Positions 38,821 to 47,675 of a DNA stretch of 64,000 bases are shown here, piece after piece. Below the pieces are notes generated by a model. It searched no databases and had not been told where the DNA came from. It saw only the letters and a program-made list of their open reading frames with translations. The number at the start of each line of letters is the position of its first letter. Position 1 is the stretch's first letter. Where the stretch lies: contig JAGXHI010000049.1 of assembly GCA_024636295.1 (NCBI GenBank), positions 2,573-66,572 of the forward strand, read 5' to 3'. The translations under genes were made by a program, and so were the position numbers. Source of the stretch: Desulfuromonadales bacterium (GTDB taxonomy: Bacteria > Desulfobacterota > Desulfuromonadia > Desulfuromonadales > JAGXHI01).

Positions 38821-39588
38821 TTACAGGTTGTTGAAGGTCGAGATTTCCTTCTTGGCTTCGACGTTTGTCATCTTCTCGAGCGCCTTGGCCATGGCGGTCT
38901 CGATCCGCTCTTCGCTCCAGGGATTTCTCAGGAAGGTCAAATTGGTGAAACCTTCGGCGCGGGACTGAAAGACCACATTCCCCTTGTAATCGAGAGCCTT
39001 CAGGGAGAGTATCAGCCGATAACGCTTGAATACCAGAAATTGATCCTGATCCTCTATTTTGAGCTCACCGGAGAGGAAAACTTCCTCCTTGTTCTTTCCC
39101 CTGACTTTTCCCACCAGATCCTGGGCCATCTTGGGGTTCAAGTTGGAATAGCGATGAAAGGGGGCGTCCGAGGAGCCGGGATGCCGCCACTGCGAAGTGA
39201 GGCTGCCGAGCAGTCTATTGGCGCCGCTGCTGCCGGTATCCAGGTCCTTGTACTCTTTGGCGATGCTGTCGAGCTTTTTGGCCCGATTTCGATCGGCGGA
39301 AACCGACAGGTTGAATTTCTCCAGCGACTTGGTCATCAATTTGTAGGTCCGCATTCCGACATCATCGAAGGCTTGTCCACCCGCCGCCTGTTTGCCCAGG
39401 TCAATCACATCCACCCCGCCGTTGCTTTGAACGTTGTAGTAACAGAGCAAAGCCTCGGTCGGCTTCTTCGGTTCCCAATCGGCCGATTTTTCCACCCACG
39501 TGGTTGCACAACCGGAGAGCAGAAGAGCCAGGCCCGCCAGGGACAACATCATGAATTTCCGACCTGCAAACTTCCGAACTGCGTACAT
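38821..39588 (-). CDS. lipoprotein, function unknown
   Basis: The ATG at 39588 follows a GGGAGG RBS. The signal and lipobox are MYAVRKFAGRKFMMLSLAGLALLLSGC. I recognised no domain. Confidence 0.55.
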   Translation of the reverse strand: MYAVRKFAGRKFMMLSLAGLALLLSGCATTWVEKSADWEPKKPTEALLCYYNVQSNGGVDVIDLGKQAAGGQAFDDVGMRTYKLMTKSLEKFNLSVSADRNRAKKLDSIAKEYKDLDTGSSGANRLLGSLTSQWRHPGSSDAPFHRYSNLNPKMAQDLVGKVRGKNKEEVFLSGELKIEDQDQFLVFKRYRLILSLKALDYKGNVVFQSRAEGFTNLTFLRNPWSEERIETAMAKALEKMTNVEAKKEISTFNNL

Positions 39589-40060
39589 TCCATTCCTCCC
39601 ATAGATTAAAAGGATTAAAATTGTGAGCTGGATGCATAGCACCATTCTTTTATTTCGTCAACTAGATATCAAACAAAATACACTATGTGGGAATTTGAAA
39701 ATGTCTAACGATTTAACGATAACGAACAGGGCGCTTCGAAAGGGGCGTCCTTCTTTATTTGGCCAAAGCAGCTGTCGAACTCTACCCATCCCCGGAGAAA
39801 TTCTTGCGGCCATGGAAACCAAAGCTATTACTCTTCCGGCCGGAGAGTCTTCCCTCGCTCCTGAGTAAGGATCGATTCAGAGCCATCCCCCATCATTCCC
39901 GATTTTCCTGCCCTCCTCTGCCTCAACTGCAGGGATTTTAAAGCGCCTTAAAAACTGCCCCTGCGATCCCGTCGTTATTGCCTCCAAGTCAAGGTGCGGG
40001 GGCAATGAAATACGGTATTTCTCTTGGCGCGCCGGCTTTGGCGGTGTAACATCTGCCGCT

Positions 40061-41311
40061 ATGATAGAGACCGAATCACACAGCGCAGAGCAGTCTTCCA
40101 ACCGCTTTCATTACGGCTGGGTGATTGTCCTGGTCGGGACCCTGACCATCGCCGCCTGCCTGGGCCTGGCGCGTTTTGCCTTCGGGATGCTGCTTCCGTC
40201 GATGAGCGTGGCGCTTGGGATGACGTACGGCGAGATGGGGTTTCTCGGGACGGGAAACTTCGCCGGTTACCTGGCGGCGGTCGCCGCGTCGCCGTTTCTG
40301 CTGCGTCGTATCACCCCGCGCCTCCTGATCGCGAGCGCCCTCGTGCTGATCTCTGTCTGCATGTTCGGCATCAGCGTCGGCGGCAGCTATAGCGCGGTCC
40401 TGGTGCTCTACACATTTGTCGGCATCGGCAGCGGTCTCGCCAATATCCCGTTGATGGTTCTGGTCTCCTACTGGTTTCGTCGCCAACGGCGGGGCCGGGC
40501 GGCCGGCCTGATGGTGATCGGCAGCGGTTTTGCCATCATTTTTTCGGGATTTCTGATTCCAGCCCTCAACGCCCGCTTCGGTGAGAGCGGATGGCGCGCA
40601 AGCTGGATCGTGCTGGGTCTTATCGTGTTGGCGATCGCCGCGGTCGCAGCCGTCCTGATCCGCAACGATCCGGCCGATAAAGGGTTGGAACCGGCCGGAA
40701 TTCCGGGAAATATCGATTACGATCCGGCTGAAACCCGGGGACGGTTCACCGTCCTGCGGATCCTCGGCCATCTCGGTGGGCTTTATTTCATTTTCGGCGC
40801 CACCTATGTGATCTACGGCACATTCATCGTCACGACCATGATCGAGGAGTACGGATTTGTCGAGGCGAGCGCCGGGCAATTCTGGTCCTGGGTGGGATTT
40901 TTCAGCCTCTTCTCGGGGGTGGTGTTCGGCATCCTCTCGGACCGGATCGGACGCAGGGGAGGATTGATGGCGGTCTTCGCCGTACAGACCCTGGCCTATC
41001 TGCTCGCCGGATCAAAACTGGGGACGCCGGCCATTTTTGCCTCAGTCGTGCTCTATGGGATCGCGGTCTTCGCCATACCCGCCATTATGGCGGCGGCGGT
41101 CGGCGATTACCTCGGAAAGGCCCGGGCGGCGGCCGCCTTTTCCATGATCACTTTCTGCTTCGCCATCGGCCAGACCCTGGGGCCGGCGCTGGCCGGGATG
41201 GTGGCCGAAACCACCGGAACCTTCACCGGCAGTTACCTGGCCTCTGCCGGTCTGACCAGCATTGGCGCCGTCCTTTCCTACTTTCTTCCCCATTCCGAGC
41301 AGTCGAACTGA
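40061..41311 (+). CDS. MFS transporter
   Basis: 416 aa with about 12 TM segments and an MFS-type loop motif (WFRRQRRGRAAGL). Confidence 0.85.
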   Translation: MIETESHSAEQSSNRFHYGWVIVLVGTLTIAACLGLARFAFGMLLPSMSVALGMTYGEMGFLGTGNFAGYLAAVAASPFLLRRITPRLLIASALVLISVCMFGISVGGSYSAVLVLYTFVGIGSGLANIPLMVLVSYWFRRQRRGRAAGLMVIGSGFAIIFSGFLIPALNARFGESGWRASWIVLGLIVLAIAAVAAVLIRNDPADKGLEPAGIPGNIDYDPAETRGRFTVLRILGHLGGLYFIFGATYVIYGTFIVTTMIEEYGFVEASAGQFWSWVGFFSLFSGVVFGILSDRIGRRGGLMAVFAVQTLAYLLAGSKLGTPAIFASVVLYGIAVFAIPAIMAAAVGDYLGKARAAAAFSMITFCFAIGQTLGPALAGMVAETTGTFTGSYLASAGLTSIGAVLSYFLPHSEQSN

Positions 41312-41348
41312 AACCAGATCCTGGTTTAAAGGATCATTGGCGATGGAT

Positions 41349-42578
41349 TCAATCCGTCGCTTCATTCCGGTGGTGACGCAGCTTGATCCGCCAGGCATAG
41401 AAGATGAGGGGGATCATCAGAAGAACGGCGCCGAGGTACGGGAGGGTGGAGCTGTACTGATAGAGTCTGGTGCCGATCAGCGGACCGAGGACGAAGCCCG
41501 CCGCGGGGCAGGCGGAGATCAGTCCGCCGACTGCGCCCTGCTCCCGGGGGCCCACCGCCAGGGAGGCGCCGGCGATGAAGCCGGGCGCGACCAGGCCCAG
41601 ACCCAGGCCAAGAACCCCCATGGCGGCTACCAGCAAAGGAATGCTTCCGGCCACGAGCAGGGCGGCGTAGCCGACCATCAGAATCGGCAGCCCGGTCCGA
41701 AGCAATCGGGTGGGGGTCATCACCTGCCGCCGTACCAGGAATGCCTGCGCGAAAAGAGACATGATCGCCGAGGCCATCATGCCCATGCCGATCGACTGTG
41801 CGGTGCTCCTGGCATCGAGGGCGAATTTGTCCTGGAAGTAGAAGCCGATGGTCTGGCTCATCATCGAGAACGCGAAAAAGGTGATAAATCCAACGAGGAT
41901 AAAAGGAAAGTACCGCCGGTCGAACAGCTTCAACCGCCCTTTGTTGCGGTACGCCTCGACCTGTCGAGCCGGTTCATGGATGGTGACAACGAGAAGGAGC
42001 GCGCTCAACAGGGCGATGCCGGAGGCAATGTAGAGGGGGGTGAGAAGGCCGAGGACCACCAGCAAACCGCTCAGCGCCGGGCCGAGGATCGCCCCCAGGG
42101 TGCGGGCGGCGCCCAGACGACCCATACCCGCGGTTCGTTCCCCGGCGCTGGTGGTATCCGCGATATAGGCCAGAGCGGCGCTTGGGGCCGCCGATATCAG
42201 CAGGGCCATCAGCACCCGGGAGGTGATCGCCAGAATGTAGAGGGGCGTGCCGGTCAGCTCCCCCCGCAAGCCGTAGTGGAAAACCGTGGCGAAGAGCAGG
42301 CAGCCACCGGCATAACCGAACTGGCCAACCAGCAGTATCGGCTTGCGCCCCCAGTTGTCGCAGGTCCGCCCCCAGATCGGGCTGGTGAGGGTAAAGACCA
42401 GAGAGGAGCAGGTAATGATCAGTCCGATCTGCAGTTCTTGAAAGCCGACTTCGCGACCCAGGGGCGCCAGAAGGGCGAAGGTCATCGACTGCCCCATGCC
42501 GGTGGCGAGGACGCTGAACATAACCAGGTTTGATGCGAGGCGGGATGGGGGAATGATAGAATCCTTGTCGTTCGTCAT
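41349..42578 (-). CDS. MFS transporter (drug/H+ antiporter-like)
   Basis: 409 aa with about 12 TM segments and the motif-A-like sequence SPIWGRTCDNWGRKPILLVG. Confidence 0.85.
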   Translation of the reverse strand: MTNDKDSIIPPSRLASNLVMFSVLATGMGQSMTFALLAPLGREVGFQELQIGLIITCSSLVFTLTSPIWGRTCDNWGRKPILLVGQFGYAGGCLLFATVFHYGLRGELTGTPLYILAITSRVLMALLISAAPSAALAYIADTTSAGERTAGMGRLGAARTLGAILGPALSGLLVVLGLLTPLYIASGIALLSALLLVVTIHEPARQVEAYRNKGRLKLFDRRYFPFILVGFITFFAFSMMSQTIGFYFQDKFALDARSTAQSIGMGMMASAIMSLFAQAFLVRRQVMTPTRLLRTGLPILMVGYAALLVAGSIPLLVAAMGVLGLGLGLVAPGFIAGASLAVGPREQGAVGGLISACPAAGFVLGPLIGTRLYQYSSTLPYLGAVLLMIPLIFYAWRIKLRHHRNEATD

Positions 42579-42853
42579 CGGCGGGTGTCAGACCAGGCAA
42601 GAGGGAACCGTCCGGGGGGGGTCGGATTCTGCCACCATACGCCCGAAATGGCGCGACTGTCAACGGAAGGAACGGAGCGTTTGAAGGCCGCGGCCAGACG
42701 CTCGGGCTGCCTCTGCACCGAAAGAGATGTTGCGGTATAATTAAAAAAAAGTCCAATCGCTTCGAAAGATCTGCCTGGAAGACGCCGCCCGCAGGTCCTT
42801 CATTGAGCTGGAACCCATTCTTCCGGTGTTGGCGACCGGAGGCGGATTTAGAA

Positions 42854-45115
42854 ATGTCATTTACAGAGTTTCGACGCAACTATTTGACCCGTCCGATCTT
42901 CAAGGCCGCCAAACGTGCTCTCCCGGGGCTCTCGGAGACGGAACGAGAGGCGCTGACCTCCGGCGACATCTGGTGGGACGGCGATCTGTTTACCGGCAAT
43001 CCGGACTGGCGGAAGCTCCTCGCGACACCCCCGGCGGCCCTCTCCGACGAGGAGCAGGCCTTTTTCGACGGACCGGTGGACGAACTCTGCCGGATGCTGA
43101 ATGAATGGGAAATCAACTGGTCTCGAGGGGACCTGCCCAAGAACGTCTGGGAATTTCTGAAGCGCGAGAAATTCTTCGCCATGATCATCCCCAGGGAATT
43201 CGGCGGGCTGGAGTTCTCGGCTTTCGCCAACTCGGAAGTGGTGCGGAAAATTGCTTCGCGCTCCCTCGTCGCCGCCGTCACGGTCATGGTCCCCAACTCT
43301 CTCGGCCCGGCAGAGCTGCTGATGCAGTTCGGCACCGATGAGCAGCGCCATTACTGGCTGCCCCGCCTCGCCGATGGACGGGAGCTTCCCTGCTTCGGCC
43401 TGACCAGCCTCGAGGCCGGCTCCGATGCCGCCTCGATGATCGATAGGGGAGAGGTGTGCCGGGCCGTCTTCGAAGGCCGGGAGGTGCTCGGCATCCGCCT
43501 CAACTGGAGCAAGCGCTACATCACCCTGGGGCCGGTGGCCACGGTCCAGGGCCTGGCTTTCAAGCTCTTCGATCCCGAGCATCTGCTCGGGGATGAGGAG
43601 CAACGGGGGATCACTCTTGCGCTGGTGCCGACCTCTCTTCCGGGTATCGAGATTGGACGGCGGCATCTGCCGGCCTTCCAGATGTTCCAGAATGGTCCGA
43701 ACCAGGGACGGGACGTCTTCATCCCCATGGATTACGTCATCGGCGGGCAAAAGCAGGTCGGCAAGGGATGGCGCATGCTGATGAGCGCCCTGGCCGTCGG
43801 TCGCGGGGTTTCCCTCCCCTCCCTCTCAGCCGCGGCGACGGCTCTTTGCGCACGCACCACCGGGTCCTACGCCAGAGTACGCAAACAGTTCGACATCCCG
43901 ATCGGCCACTTCGAGGGGATCCAGGAACGCCTGGGCAGCCTCGCCGCCGATGCCTACAAGGTGGACGCCGCCCGTCGACTGACGTGCTCGGGGCTGGACG
44001 AGGGGCGGAAGCTTTCGGTGATATCGGCCATTATGAAGGTTCATGCCACCTATGCGATGCGCTCCTCCATCGAGCACGCCATGGATGTTCACGGGGGGAA
44101 AACCGTCATCGATGGCCCCCTCAACTACCTCGGCGACATCTATCGCGCTGTTCCGGTGGCCATCACCGTCGAGGGGGCGAACATTTTGACCCGCAGCCTG
44201 ATCATTTTCGGCCAGGGGGCGATCCGCTGTCACCCCTGGCTGCTCAAGGAAATGTTGGCTCTTGAGGAGCAGGACCCCGACAAAGCCCTGGAAGTCTTCG
44301 ATGAAAACTTCTGGGGGCATGCCCGCCACGGGCTGAAGAACTTTTTCCGGGCCTGGGTCAGGAGCTGGTCCGGTGGACGTATCGGCCCCGCTCCGGATCA
44401 GGGAAAGACGAAAAAATATTACCGCCGGCTCGGAGGCTATGCCGCAGCTTTTGCTCTGGTGGCGGACACTGCGCTTTTGCTGCTGGGCGGCGGTCTCAAA
44501 CGCAAGGAGATGATCTCGGCTCGCCTCGGCGATATCCATGCCGAGCTCTACCTGCTGTCGGCGGTGCTCAAGCGCTGGCAGGACGAAGGCCGCCGGAATG
44601 ACGATCTGCCCCTGGTCGAATTCGCCATGGAGAGAGGCTTCGCCACCATCGAAGACCGGATCAACGGGGTTCTGACCAACCTGCCCAACCGTCCGGTGGC
44701 CGCCCTGGTCCGTTTTTTCATTCAGCCGCTCGGGGTTCGTCGGCACGGACCCTCCGATCTCCTCACCCGGCGTTGCGCCGAGATCCTGCTCACCCCTTCG
44801 GGCGCCCGCGACCGGCTCACAGGCGGCCTCTTTCTGGGGCGGGGAGCCAATACCGGAGTCGCCGATCTGGAGCAGGCATTCGAGCTGGTGACCCGATGCG
44901 CTGCACTGCAGCAGAAATTGCGCGAGGGGCGCTGCCGGGATCACAGGGAGGCGCTGGAAAAGGGCTTGATCAGCGATGCGGACGCCGCCCTGCTGCAAGA
45001 GACCGAAACGGCGGTCAACCGTGTGCTGGCTGTCGATGATTTTCCCGCCGAGGAGCTGGGCGAGAGCAACTTTTCCGCCACCGCCGAACCGCAGGCGCAA
45101 GGAGAGCCGCGCTGA
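42854..45115 (+). CDS. fadE: large acyl-CoA dehydrogenase (FadE-type with C-terminal DUF1974-like extension)
   Basis: The ACAD core includes ..CFGLTSLEAGSDAASM.. and ..TVEGANILTRSLIIFGQGAIRCHP.. It is followed by a roughly 250-aa C-terminal extension, as in FadE. The ATG at 42854 follows a GGAGG RBS. Confidence 0.8.
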   Translation: MSFTEFRRNYLTRPIFKAAKRALPGLSETEREALTSGDIWWDGDLFTGNPDWRKLLATPPAALSDEEQAFFDGPVDELCRMLNEWEINWSRGDLPKNVWEFLKREKFFAMIIPREFGGLEFSAFANSEVVRKIASRSLVAAVTVMVPNSLGPAELLMQFGTDEQRHYWLPRLADGRELPCFGLTSLEAGSDAASMIDRGEVCRAVFEGREVLGIRLNWSKRYITLGPVATVQGLAFKLFDPEHLLGDEEQRGITLALVPTSLPGIEIGRRHLPAFQMFQNGPNQGRDVFIPMDYVIGGQKQVGKGWRMLMSALAVGRGVSLPSLSAAATALCARTTGSYARVRKQFDIPIGHFEGIQERLGSLAADAYKVDAARRLTCSGLDEGRKLSVISAIMKVHATYAMRSSIEHAMDVHGGKTVIDGPLNYLGDIYRAVPVAITVEGANILTRSLIIFGQGAIRCHPWLLKEMLALEEQDPDKALEVFDENFWGHARHGLKNFFRAWVRSWSGGRIGPAPDQGKTKKYYRRLGGYAAAFALVADTALLLLGGGLKRKEMISARLGDIHAELYLLSAVLKRWQDEGRRNDDLPLVEFAMERGFATIEDRINGVLTNLPNRPVAALVRFFIQPLGVRRHGPSDLLTRRCAEILLTPSGARDRLTGGLFLGRGANTGVADLEQAFELVTRCAALQQKLREGRCRDHREALEKGLISDADAALLQETETAVNRVLAVDDFPAEELGESNFSATAEPQAQGEPR

Positions 45116-45234
45116 GCCAGATATAGACAATCAATCTCGATCGTCGTCCCTTGTTCAAAGGTGTGGAGGCCTATTCCTTACCTGCTCCTTCTTTAAAAAA
45201 CACCTAGTTAAAATGTCCGCATGAAAGTAGAATA

Positions 45235-45284
45235 CCCTCATGTCTTTCGGATGAGGGGAACCTACGGGTTCCGCCACTTTTTTT
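45235..45284 (+). terminator. tandem hairpins followed by a T7 tract (possible fadE terminator / glgC leader structure)
   Basis: The hairpins are CCCTCAT-N9-ATGAGGG and GGAACC-TACG-GGTTCC, followed by GCCAC and TTTTTTT. The T tract is not immediately adjacent to the stem, so confidence is modest. Confidence 0.35.
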
Positions 45285-45316
45285 ACATTTGAGGCGCAAC
45301 CAAGAGGAGGTCAGTC

Positions 45317-46552
45317 ATGTTTGCAATGGGAAATGCAGGAAGAAACACCATCGGAATGGTCCTGGCGGGGGGAAAGGGAGACCGTCTGAGCCCTCTCACC
45401 CTGAGAAAACCCAAGCCGAGTATTGCATTCGGCGGCAAGTACAAGATCATCGACTTTGTCCTGAGCAACCTCTTCAATTCGGGAATCAAGCGGGTTTACG
45501 TCCTCACCCAGTACCAGGCTTATTCGCTGAACAAGCACATTCGCGAATCCTGGGGCAAATGGACGGGTCTCGGCGAGTTTTTCGTCGCGATCTCCCCGGA
45601 GATCCGGGGCGAGAGCGAGGAGTGGTTCAAGGGGACGGCCGACGCCATCCTGCAGTACCTGCGCTTCGTGGAGCACACCGACGCGGAATACGTGGCCATC
45701 TTCGGCGGCGACCATGTCTACCGGATGGACATTGGACAGATGGTCGAGTATCACCGCATGAACCGGGCGGACATGACCCTGGCCGCCCTGGAGGTGACGC
45801 CAAAGGATGCGCAGCGCTTCGGCATTTTTGCCGTCGATGAGGACTTCAGGGTCACCGCCTTCGCAGAAAAACCAAAAGATCCCGAGCGGATTCCCGACCG
45901 GGAAACCTGCTTCGCCTCCATGGGGAACTACATCTTTTCCACCCGCAAACTCATCGAAGTCCTGCTGGAAGGCAAAAAGAAGTATGAAGACCTCGACTTC
46001 GGCAAGCACGTGATCCCGATGATGCTGGAGCAGGGGGATCGGGTCTTCGCCTACAACTTCAGTGACAATCAGATTCCCGGAATGAAGCCGGAGGAGAGGG
46101 GATACTGGCGGGACGTGGGGACGATTGATTCCTACTACGAGGCGAACATGGACCTGATCAATGCCTCGCCGCAGCTCAACCTCTACAATTACAAATGGCC
46201 GATTCTCACCAATCAGGGGAACCTTCCGCCGGCCAAGACCATCTTCGACCAGGAGGACCGCCGCGGGGAGAATCTCAATTCCTATGTCTGCGCAGGGTGC
46301 ATCACCAGCGGCGGCACTGTGCGGCGCTGCATCCTCGGCCCCCGCTCCAGGATCAACAGCTGGTCCCTGGTGGAGGATTCGATCCTCTTTGAGAACGTGA
46401 ACGTAGGGAGGCACGCGAAGATCCGAAAGGCGATCGTCGACAAGAACGTGGTCATTCCGGACAACACCATCATCGGCTACGACCATGACGAGGACCGGCG
46501 CCGGGGATACACGGTGACGGAGTCGGGGATCGTGGTGGTTCCGGGCGCCTGA
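45317..46552 (+). CDS. glgC: glucose-1-phosphate adenylyltransferase
   Basis: 411 aa. GMVLAGGKGDRLSPLTLRKPKPSIAFGGKYKIIDFVLSN is the GlgC signature. There is a strong AGGAGG RBS. Confidence 0.95.
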   Translation: MFAMGNAGRNTIGMVLAGGKGDRLSPLTLRKPKPSIAFGGKYKIIDFVLSNLFNSGIKRVYVLTQYQAYSLNKHIRESWGKWTGLGEFFVAISPEIRGESEEWFKGTADAILQYLRFVEHTDAEYVAIFGGDHVYRMDIGQMVEYHRMNRADMTLAALEVTPKDAQRFGIFAVDEDFRVTAFAEKPKDPERIPDRETCFASMGNYIFSTRKLIEVLLEGKKKYEDLDFGKHVIPMMLEQGDRVFAYNFSDNQIPGMKPEERGYWRDVGTIDSYYEANMDLINASPQLNLYNYKWPILTNQGNLPPAKTIFDQEDRRGENLNSYVCAGCITSGGTVRRCILGPRSRINSWSLVEDSILFENVNVGRHAKIRKAIVDKNVVIPDNTIIGYDHDEDRRRGYTVTESGIVVVPGA

Positions 46553-46638
46553 AGGGTCACGGGTCACGGGCCACTGACCAGGGACGCAGCTACCGAATAA
46601 GAATAAAGGACATTTTCAGGCGGAATCTTGGGCCCGGG

Positions 46639-47517
46639 TCAGCTTTCGGTGGAGGAGAGCCGATAGGGACCATAGATGGAGCGCAGCACCACCTCCACTC
46701 TGGATCCCACCGGGGGCATGCGGTTCCAGTCGATGCGGTAGTAATTGACGGTGGTTTTGAGCGGCAGAACGTTGTCGGTGATGATTCCGCCGTTGCAGTC
46801 CGAGGGGCACAGGATGCAGCCGGAAGGAAAATTGATCGCCTCGGCCGTGCCGTGATAGACAAAATGGGGAGTATAAGGTTTTATCACTTCCTCCCCCTGC
46901 ACTTCGATCTTCTCCTCGATAAAATTCTCTATCGCGGCTTCCACGATCTTGCCCTCCTGTATGAAACGGATGGTGCAGATGATCGGATCGCCGTCCAGGT
47001 AATCTTCCCGGGTGGTGGTGGGCTTGAGGCCGGTTCGCTGCTCCACCTCGGACATGGGGATCTGCCGGCGGGAGGTCACCCCGATCTCCTGCAGGGCCTG
47101 GTCGATGTGATCGCGCCGGACATCGGTGGTGAAAACGAAATAACCCTCCATCTTTCCCCCCTTGGCGCCGAAAAACCCCTGGAAGCGGCGTCCCCAGTCC
47201 AGGATCGAAGGCTTGGACCCGTCCTTGGTGACCGTTGCGGAGATGCGCAGTTCCTTGTTGTCCTGATCGACCACCATCCGGTCGGTTGCCCCTTTTACGA
47301 TGCGCGCATTTTCCTGCTTTTCAGCGGCGGCAGAGGCTTTGGTCCCCGGAATGGTGCTGAGTCCCAGAATACCTAGCCCCAGGACCTTGAGAAACTCGCC
47401 CCGGCGAATTCCACTTTCGGATGTTTTGGTTGCCGTCTTCTCCTTCTGGCGAGCACCCACCAGCACGGAGTAGGGATCGGAACAGCAGGAGCAGCCTGTC
47501 GATTTTTCGTCTTTCAT
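46639..47517 (-). CDS. Tat-exported protein, YdjY-like (function unknown)
   Basis: The ATG at 47517 follows an AGGAG RBS. A twin-arginine motif GIRRGEFLKVLGLGILG is preceded by an unusually long N-region containing GCSCCSDP. The C-terminal part has HFVYHGTAEAINFPSGCILCPSDCNGG. The YdjY assignment is from memory of family naming and is not verified. Confidence 0.55.
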   Translation of the reverse strand: MKDEKSTGCSCCSDPYSVLVGARQKEKTATKTSESGIRRGEFLKVLGLGILGLSTIPGTKASAAAEKQENARIVKGATDRMVVDQDNKELRISATVTKDGSKPSILDWGRRFQGFFGAKGGKMEGYFVFTTDVRRDHIDQALQEIGVTSRRQIPMSEVEQRTGLKPTTTREDYLDGDPIICTIRFIQEGKIVEAAIENFIEEKIEVQGEEVIKPYTPHFVYHGTAEAINFPSGCILCPSDCNGGIITDNVLPLKTTVNYYRIDWNRMPPVGSRVEVVLRSIYGPYRLSSTES

Positions 47518-47675
47518 CTCAGTCTCCTTTAAAATCATCGGCGTTCTGTGGATTTGAAGTATCCCGATGGGACACAAAAGAATCGGTTTCTCAGCCTCAA
47601 CGGCCCTCCCGTCCACGGGGGGGACATAAATCGTTGCGGGAGATGTTCAGGGAGGGGTAAAGATGTTTTTTTCAG

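Noticed and set aside
39975-40005. The 8-bp stem TTGCCTCC-N12-GGGGGCAA in the 470-nt leader upstream of the MFS gene, considered as a possible riboswitch or attenuator.
   Set aside because: It is an isolated hairpin. I found no recognisable riboswitch core, no alternative pairing and no U tract.
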